Shown here: positions 56,147 to 64,000 of the stretch, one piece after another
Position numbering within the stretch: position 1 is the stretch's first letter
Layout: every line of letters begins with the position of its first letter
NCBI GenBank assembly: GCA_013239625.1
Contig: MU053810.1
Location: 6,730,122 to 6,794,121 of the forward strand
DNA length: 64,000 nt
Reading direction: 5' to 3'
Source: Lama guanicoe
Lineage: Eukaryota
Translations under genes and position numbers: made by a program
The notes under the pieces: generated by a model
Told to the model about the DNA's origin: nothing
The model's input: the letters and a program-made list of their open reading frames with translations, nothing else
Database searches by the model: none

Positions 56147-56397
56147 AATAACGTTCTCCAGGAGCATCCATGTTGCTGTAAATGGCATTGTGTTGTCGGT
56201 TTTTGTGGCTGGGTAGTGTTCCATTGTATGGATGTGCCACGTCTTCTTTGTCCAGTCATCTGTTGATGGACGTTTGGGCTGTTTCCATGTCTTGGCTATT
56301 GTGGGTGGTGCTGCTGTGAACGTTGGGGTGTGGGTGTCATTCTGGAGTGGGGTTCCTTCTGGATGTGTGCCCAGGAGCGGGATTCCTGGGTCATATG
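56147..56397 (-). mobile_element. Antisense L1 3'-region segment embedded in the retrocopy 5' UTR (exonised, A>G hyper-mutated)
   Basis: Homologous to the in-window L1 at ~32440-32685. It has no TSD or poly(A/T) tail of its own. It starts immediately after the cacttAG position seen in the homologues and ends at tcatatg. Confidence 0.9.
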
Positions 56398-56412
56398 ATT
56401 GATTGATCCATT

Positions 56413-57177
56413 ATGGATGGAGGGGATGATGGTAACCTTGTCATCAAAAAGAGGTTTGTGTCTGAGGCAGAGCTAGATGAACGGTGCAAAAGGAGGCAAG
56501 AAGAATGGGAGAAAGTTCGGAAACCTGAAGATCCTGAAGAATGCCCAGGGGAGGTTTATGACCCTTGGTCTCTGTATGAAAAGCTACAGGAACAGAAAGA
56601 CAGGAAGCAGCAGGAGTATGAGGAACAGTTCAAATTCAAAAACACGGTAAGAGGCTTAGATGAAGATGAGACCAACTTCCTTGATGAGGTTTCTTGGCAG
56701 CAGGAACTAATAGAAAAGCAGCGAAGAGAGGAAGAACTGAAAGAACTGAAGGAATACAGAAGTAATCTCAAAAAGGTTGGAATTTCTCCAGAAAACAAGA
56801 AAGAAGTGGAGAAGAAAGTGACTGTGAAACCCAAAGAAACCAAGAACAAGTTCTCGCAGGCAAAGCTGTTGGCAGGAGCTGTGAAGCCTAAGAGCTCAGA
56901 GAGTGGCAACAGTGTGAAAAGACTGAAATCGGACCCTGACCCAGATGACAAGAATCAAGAAGCCCCACCCTGCATGTCTCCTGGAAGCACATCCCTGAGC
57001 GGTCCCTCCATCCACTGCCCCTCCGCCGCTGTCTGCATTGGCATCCTCCCAGGCTTGGGCGCCTACTCCGGGAGCAGCGACTCTGAGTCCAGCTCAGACA
57101 GCGAGGGTACCATCAACGCCACCGGCAAGATCGTCTCCTCCATCTTCCGAACCAACACCTTCCTCGAGGGCCCCTAG
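56413..57177 (+). CDS. PSME3IP1: Intact 254-aa ORF of the PSME3IP1 (PIP30/NIP30/FAM192A) retrocopy; expression unknown
   Basis: [24 protein letters not shown]...[27 protein letters not shown]...[47 protein letters not shown]. Same length as the mammalian protein as I recall it, with no stops or frameshifts. Confidence 0.85.
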   Translation: MDGGDDGNLVIKKRFVSEAELDERCKRRQEEWEKVRKPEDPEECPGEVYDPWSLYEKLQEQKDRKQQEYEEQFKFKNTVRGLDEDETNFLDEVSWQQELIEKQRREEELKELKEYRSNLKKVGISPENKKEVEKKVTVKPKETKNKFSQAKLLAGAVKPKSSESGNSVKRLKSDPDPDDKNQEAPPCMSPGSTSLSGPSIHCPSAAVCIGILPGLGAYSGSSDSESSSDSEGTINATGKIVSSIFRTNTFLEGP

Positions 57178-59074
57178 CTCCTCTGTCCTTACCTCAAGGA
57201 GCCCCGCCCCAAAAGTAGACCGGACAGTTTATTTATTCTGCCTCCAGGCTCTTCTGCCCTCAGAAAACTCCTTTCCCTGCTCCCTGTGCACACCGTGATG
57301 TTTTTAACCTCATCTAAAAATGTGCGAGAATCTACTTGTGGCCCAAATTGTTTGGTTTCTCTTTCCAACCTGTACAGAGGCCCAGACCTGTCCCATGGCC
57401 TCTGTCCTCACTGATGAAATAGGGTGAGCAGAAATTCCCCTAAAAATGCTGTGGGAAGATAGGCACTAGCTGGCTTAGAAAGGGTTTGGGTTTGGTTGCT
57501 TTCTTTTTTGTTTTTTTGTTTGTTTGTTTGTTTGTTTTTCTTTCCCAACATCAGAAAGAAGCAAGGGCAGTTATTGGACAGATATTATTTAAACTTTCTA
57601 TTCTAGATGAATGCGCTGTTTGGTTATACTGCGTTGTAGAGCATGTGGCGGGAGAGAAGGACCCAAGGGATGGAATGGCGCGTTGCCCTGGAACTAACTG
57701 ATTCTTGATGTTCTGTGACTAAGTAAAGATTCTAAACCACAAAAAACCCCCACAAAACAAAACAAAACAAAAACAAACAAAGAAAACAACAACAAAACAA
57801 CAAAAAAAGAAAAGTTAAACAGGTGAAGAGGATAGGTGCAGGTAGAGGTGAGGAGGAGGGAGCAACCATGATTCAAAAGTAACCATGATTCAAACAGGCA
57901 CTGTAGTGTGAAACCCTTGAACTCTTTGAAAATGCCATACCTCATTCAGTGCTCCATAATATCTATGAATTTAATTTGTAAATGGCTTCTCCAAATACGT
58001 CCTCTCAGTCGTTTTAAAATTCCTACCAGCACTCTATACATTATGAAACCTTATCACTGCCATCTACTTAGTGACTGAAGAAAATCTCGATGTGTGGAAT
58101 GTACACAAAAATAGAAGCAAAGGCTAAATATATACAATGACAACCACCAGTTGCCAAAAGTTGTTTCCAACCATAATCCAGATAAAATTTCCTGAGTTTT
58201 GAGAAGCTACCTTAAACAAATTTCTTTAGCAACTCTTCTCATTTGAGATACTGCTAATTTCTAGATAGACAGAGATTTCAATAGATAATTACCTGGTTTT
58301 ATTTTAGAAAAGCCACTTGGGAGGAAAATTTTGTTTTGTTTCATTATTTTTCCTTTTAACTAGGATGTCACGCCAACAAAGGTTCCTGTCTTCTTTTCTC
58401 CTCTCAATTCAAAGAAATTCTACACATTTTGTTATACATCGAAATCAATTTGTGGCAATATTGCTTTCTTAAAAAAACCAACCAAACAAACAAAAAACCC
58501 CTCATAGCTAAGGAAATGAAGCTTAGAGTAAAACTACAGCCCCCCCCCAGATTTAACATACTTAGTGTGCCTACACTATAGCTTAAAATAACTTCCAAAG
58601 AGTTTTGAGCCATTGAAATTAGCGCACCCTAAAAGGAATCGAGCTGTCAACAGAAAACCCATAGGAGAAAATCCATCTTAGGTGAGTCCCTCTTTTGTAG
58701 TTACCTAATAGCCCCATAAATTAAATAAGGACATTCTTTCCTGTCTGGATCACATGTATTACATAATTACTTTCTTTCCAAGCAAGTGAAAGAAGCAAGA
58801 AGGAAGAGCTATATAAAGATTACAATTAATAATGACAGGCAGTTTTCCACCAGATGAAGTCTGTACTGTGAGTTGCATAATCAGTACCTCAGCAAATTTT
58901 GTTCTCTCCCCAAAAGTCATGGCTAGGCAGAGTCAGAGACAGGACTTCTTTTCCTTTATTTTCTTTTGCTAAAGATTACATATATACATATGCATTAAAG
59001 AAATGCAGAAAATATAAATCAGCAATTAGATGAAAATAAAAACCACACGCATAACGGAGAAGAGACCTCACCAC

Positions 59075-59435
59075 AGACATCACTTCCTTCACCCAGGTTT
59101 TCAGTTAAGCACATGGCTACCCAGATAAAAGACTGTTTCCCGGACTTCTCTGAAGCTACGAGTGACCATGTAATTAAATTCTGACTTATTATTTAAGTAT
59201 TCCCTCCCTCTTCCCCATTTCTTTTTGCCTGCTTCCTTGGAAAAGATGTGATGGTTGGAAGGGACAGAGGGAATAAATCACCCAGGATTCTGTAACTGTG
59301 AAATGCAATTTAGCTTTGAACTAGTCACTTCCATACTTCTCTTTATGGGAAAGCTTAGCTTTTTAGAGCTTCTATTCTTATATTCCTTGGTACCTGCAGC
59401 TAATCCTGATTCTGACACCTATCTAATCCTAACAG
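59075..59435 (+). mobile_element. Old MLT1-type LTR
   Basis: gcacatggctacccagataaaagactgtttccc...gtgaccatgtaattaaattctgac...tgcagctaatcctgattctgac. Confidence 0.55.
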
Positions 59436-60821
59436 CACCTTACTTTTTGTTATCTACCTTGTGAGTTTTAAAATAGTCACAATTATGCACTACCTCTTTA
59501 AATTTTTGTTCAGCTTGTTTATTTTACTTTGGGAACATGGAGCATATGGGAGGCTTCCTTATTTTCATTAATTTAAATGCAGTTTTATTCTTTTGAACTG
59601 GAATTTTAAGTAGGTGTCAGAAGAGGGATGTTTTTCCTTTTTATTGTCAAAACTTTCAGCAAAATCAAACATTGTACTGAAAGCCAGGCAGTAACTTTGC
59701 ATGAATAAAATGGGTGGGGTGAGACTGTGAGAAAACCCGGAAAACACAGGCACGTTCCTAGTCGGGATCCACTGTGCAGGTCCAACAGATGGCTGGCGTT
59801 GAGGGACTGAGGGCCCAGGATTTAATAGGAACTCTGCTAATTTTCTTTTCACTTTTCAGTTTTATTAGGTAGAATCTGTTACAATTTGACTGTATATATA
59901 CACTATATTGCATGTAAATACACATATACAATATACTGCACATTTTTTTTTAGTTAGCATATATGTACTGGTTATTGTTTTTAAGAACAGTTAAGAGCTT
60001 TAGCTTTTTAAACTTACATAGTTATCAAAGGAATAAAGCCAACCACAAAATAAGAATCAACAGAATGTGGTAATCCAATCATAAAGGACAGTCAAATATG
60101 CTTACGCATATTCAAGAAATCAATCATATAAGTCATAAATAATAAGTAGTTCCTTTGCGAAGTTTTAAATGATTTTGGCAAGGAATTATGATGAAGTAAA
60201 TTAATCCCTACACAGAGCACACCTGCCTGAAGGGCAAATTCATAGCAGAGGCAACAAAAGACAGAATTGTTTGTTCGTTTCAGAGGCTGATTACATTTAA
60301 AACCAGGCTTTGAAAAATAGATAAATAAAATCAGGTTTTGGATATCAGAGTGCCTCAAAGACTTGTAGTAGCTCTAGTTGGATCAGGGTTGGAATCTGAA
60401 CTTTTGATGACTGTTGTGCTGGGCAGAAAAAGAGCACCCAAAAATCTCTATATCTTAATCCCAGGAGTTTGTGAATACATTATGTCTTGCTCTCCATTTG
60501 GAAGAGGGTAATAGAAAGTATTGCTGAAATAGCAGAAGGGACTGTATAGCCTAACGTGAAACATAAAGGTGCACATTCACTTGATTTCCTGTATGAATTT
60601 TCTCCCGTTTTGAAGGTATGAACAAAAAATTTGCATTTCTCTGAAAATAAAATCAACTGGAAAATGAAAGAATACCTTTTTTTTCATTTTACTTTCCTAG
60701 TAATTCCTATTTATTGTATTTTACCGCAGAATTTGTCTATGACAGATTAGAATAAACAAAACAAGCAAGTGAAAAATAACCACTCTTTCACCACACCTAG
60801 TTTGAAAAGCACTACTGTTGG

Positions 60822-61013
60822 CCAAAGGTTTTCAAAGTGTGGCTCAGGGACCAAGAACCAGTAGCATGGGAGCCCCTTCGGAACTTATTTGCAATGTAAT
60901 TCTCTGACCCTACCCCAGATTTAGTGAATCCGAAACTCAGGGGAGGGGCCCAGTAATCCAGGATTTAACAAGCCCTATGTGATTCTGATGCTTGTAAAGT
61001 TGGAGAACCACTG
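60822..61013. mobile_element. MER5A-like MITE
   Basis: ggttttcaaagtgtggctcagggacc...gtgaatccgaaactcaggggaggggcccagtaatc...aaagttggagaaccactg. Confidence 0.8.
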
Positions 61014-61039
61014 CTTCAGGATATGCTACTCTGTTAACT

Positions 61040-61222
61040 AACACTTACACACTCGTGATGTGTGTCAGGCACTATTCTAAGCATCCTGCACGCATAAAAT
61101 CGTCCAAAGATACCTTTATTATCCCCATATGACATAATGGAGGTCTGGAGAGGTTAAAGGGCTAACCTAAGGTCACACAGTTACTGTAGTTCCACAGTCC
61201 ATGCTCTTAACTGTTACACTGT
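61040..61222 (-). mobile_element. MIR SINE
   Basis: tgtgtcaggcactattctaagc...ggaggtctggagaggttaaagggctaacctaaggtcacacag...catgctcttaac. Confidence 0.7.
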
Positions 61223-64000
61223 GAAGACTGACTGACCACATAGGTGAATACTAAGAGATAAGGCGTTCACTAGTTAGTGTATTAAGCTTTTCAGGAAACA
61301 ACTGCTATAACACAATTTAATCACATGTCTCTAGAAAGTTGAGAAACAGTTCTAATTTTATTAGCATGCCAACTACGGAGACATATTTGCTAATATGGTT
61401 CTGTCAGAGCCTTTTATATCATATTATGGGGCAGTCATCTTTTTGTCATGTTGAAGCTCTGCATTGTTGGCATGTTTAATGCCTTGTTTACAAGTAACTG
61501 GGAAAATCATTTATTGGATTCTTACCATATGCCAGCACTATGCTACACACTGGGGGATGCAAAGATACATCAGACATAAGATAACACACAGAAAGCACTT
61601 AGGATATATAATGTGGTACAGAGGATGGAAAATCACGCAATAAACGTCAGCTCTCATGATCATTAAGCTGATCCCTTCTGCTGTTGCTTATAATAGTGAA
61701 ACACAGGAACGCAACTACAAACCCAGACAGAACACAGGAATACTGCAGCATAATGCTTAGTTGTTCTGTAATACTAATACTTCCATACCAATTTCATGAA
61801 CAGTATTAACATGAGGGAGAATCTCCTCCCCGCCTCCCATTCTCTTCTTTTTCCTCATCCCTGAGGTTGAGCACCCTGAATGCAGGACTCCATTTCTGAA
61901 TGTTTTCAGGATGTCATCATAAAGCCTTTTCTGGAACTGAATCATGGATTCACTTTTCTCAAATACAAAGGGACAGAAATAAAAAAGATCTTCCTGAGGA
62001 AGAACTGAGAAGATGCCCAGCGACAGATGAGCCACTTCCTAGAAGCCAAGATTCCCAAGGTGAAAAAAATGCCATTTAAATACTGTCTAAAAATTGTAGT
62101 TTGCCAATGTTCAGCATTCAAATTTTACCTTCAACGCTCTGTTTATGTAGAGTAGGACAGAAGAAGGTGAAATAAAATGGCAAAACAGTTAATTGAGTGA
62201 AGGGAAACAATTCCAGCACTAGTCAATGTTGTAAAGAGCTGCCCAAGAGCCTGGGTTATTAAGTGTTTCATCCACTTTCGTGGCTTAAATTTTTTAATTA
62301 AAATTCTATCTGAATTCATGTGACAGACAATTCAGTTCTAGCCCTGAAGACCTCTACTATCTGTCTGTATGAATTAGAATAACTAGGCAATCATCAAATT
62401 TTTAATTTACTGTATGATGGCAAAAATAGCCTAAGAAACTGAATGGCTGATACAGTGACAGCCCTGAAAAGTACATGGATCCAAACACATCAGAATCTGA
62501 ACTGAACAGGGCTTGACAGGCAGTGTTATCATCTGGAGTCACCATTCTATCAGTCATTTTGCCGCAGAATGTACAACTGTTTGGAGGAGAGACATGAAGC
62601 CAGACCACTGGGTAGTATGAAATAGTTACACAGAGTCTGAGAAGTCGCTGCCAGTTATCAGAATGTTGTAGTTTACTTATCAGGGCTCCCAACCTCAGCT
62701 GCACTGAGATCCTGCCTGACTCCCCTGTGAGGTTCTGAACAACAGGAAAAGTGATAGAAATAGCCCCAAACTACACATTCTTGGAGATGTCTCACATTCT
62801 CATTTTTGCCTCACCCCCGGTTTCCATCTGACTTTTATGGAAGAGAAGTCTTGGTACCTCCTTCTTTCTTATAATGAATGAAATGGATGTGCTCTACATT
62901 CAGCCCCTCCACTTACTCACTGAATCCCATGTCCTTTTGTCTATTTAAGGGCTTCCCTAATGACAATATTCACTTCTCTCCTGCCCCAACATTTTCCATC
63001 CACAGCCCTGAAAACATGTTGTACTTTTCCTCATTAAAAATAGTCTCACCTGATCTACAACTTCCTCTAGCACCCAAATTCTCTACTTCCCTACACTGCA
63101 AAACTTGCAGAAAGAATGCTTTCTACTTGCTGTCTCTATTTCATCTCATCCACTTCCTCTTTAGAATCACTGTTAGCCTTTCATCATCCACTGCACCAAA
63201 ATGGTCTTGTCAATACCATCTCAGCAGTGTCAAATGCAGCAGGCAATTCTCTCACAAGACCAATCAGTAGTTTCTGAAGGAACTGACCACTCTCTTCTTT
63301 TTCTTGAAAGGCAATATGTACATTCAATTTATCCTTCTATTTTCCTGCTAGATCATTCCCAGTCTCCTTTGCTGAATCCTTTTCATCTTCCAGATTGATA
63401 ACAAACAGAGCAACTCAAGATATATATATATATATCTTGGAACTGATATATATATTCATATGCCATAATATGGAACCATATTAACATAATGTGGAACAGA
63501 AAGTAATGTTTGGATTAGAATGGCATCTGGACATGTCTATACTTGAGTTAACCATATTATCTCCAAAGCCTAGAGATGGCATTCGAAATAAATCTCAATT
63601 AGGAATACCTGAGGATAGACAAATCATGGAGACCACAGACATCTAATCATAAATAACATCTTAGATTATTTATATTAAATATTTATAAAGGTCCATCAAT
63701 AGTGATTAAGTTTTCACAAAATACGGTCTATTTTCCTCATATTATAGAAATTATAACACGAAGAGATATTTATATACCGTAATCACAGCTTTAGATGAAG
63801 GTATAACTAAAATAAACATATAAATTTACATACTTCTCTGATATATTCTAGGCAAGCAATCTGTTCTTTCTCCTAAAAGCTCACGTTGACCCCTCTAATT
63901 TAAACGATAGGTTCAAATTCTTCCTTCAGTCACACTGATACCAGGATCTGGATATGCTGAGGTCGGTTGGGTTTTTGTTACTATCATTCCATGTTAGTGT

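Larger units (their letters stand above)
55909..57808 (+). pseudogene. PSME3IP1: Apparently full-length retrocopy of PSME3IP1/FAM192A mRNA (5' UTR with extra cassette segments, intact CDS, 3' UTR, decayed poly(A))
   Basis: Perfect 15-bp TSD gaaaagttaaacagg at 55894-55908 and 57809-57823; AGTAAA signal at 57722; A-rich tail 57735-57808; intronless CDS. Inserted into an L2-like relic. Confidence 0.95.

Noticed and set aside
55763..56224. 153-aa minus-strand ORF
   Set aside because: Chimeric read-through of the L1 segment, the antisense PSME3IP1 5' UTR and flanking DNA; no coherent protein.
56147..56397. APOBEC3 hypermutation or an independent L1 insertion as the explanation of the G-rich L1 segment
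   Set aside because: The polarity is A>G on the mRNA strand (T>C on L1 sense) rather than G>A, and the segment lacks its own TSD and tail while its ends match splice sites.
56556..57298. Overlapping ORFs 56556-56951 (-) and 57038-57298 (+)
   Set aside because: Shadow frames of the PSME3IP1 CDS.
61757..62704. Unique-looking sequence with 92- and 100-aa minus-strand ORFs, possible host-gene exons
   Set aside because: No recognisable protein similarity and no convincing splice-site pair; cannot be supported without a search.

Overview
Mammalian, gene-poor, repeat-rich window. It is probably camelid, judging by the tRNA-derived SINE and young L1 3' ends; that is inference from recalled consensus sequences. 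No spliced host-gene exons could be supported. The two gene-derived elements are L1-mediated retrocopies on the + strand: a frameshifted SNRPD3 (SmD3) processed pseudogene (39450-40518) and a PSME3IP1/FAM192A (PIP30/NIP30) retrocopy (55909-57808) with a perfect 15-bp TSD and an intact 254-aa ORF. The most striking signal is in the PSME3IP1 5' UTR. It carries a 251-nt antisense L1 segment whose ends match splice sites and which has a dense, one-directional cluster of A>G changes. This reads as a DNA fossil of an alternatively spliced, ADAR A-to-I hyper-edited mRNA. The rest is a deleted L1M element with a nested solo LTR, other LTRs, DNA-transposon MITEs, MIR/L2 relics, tiny retro-insertions and short tandem duplications. 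Repeat family names come from recognition, not a database search.
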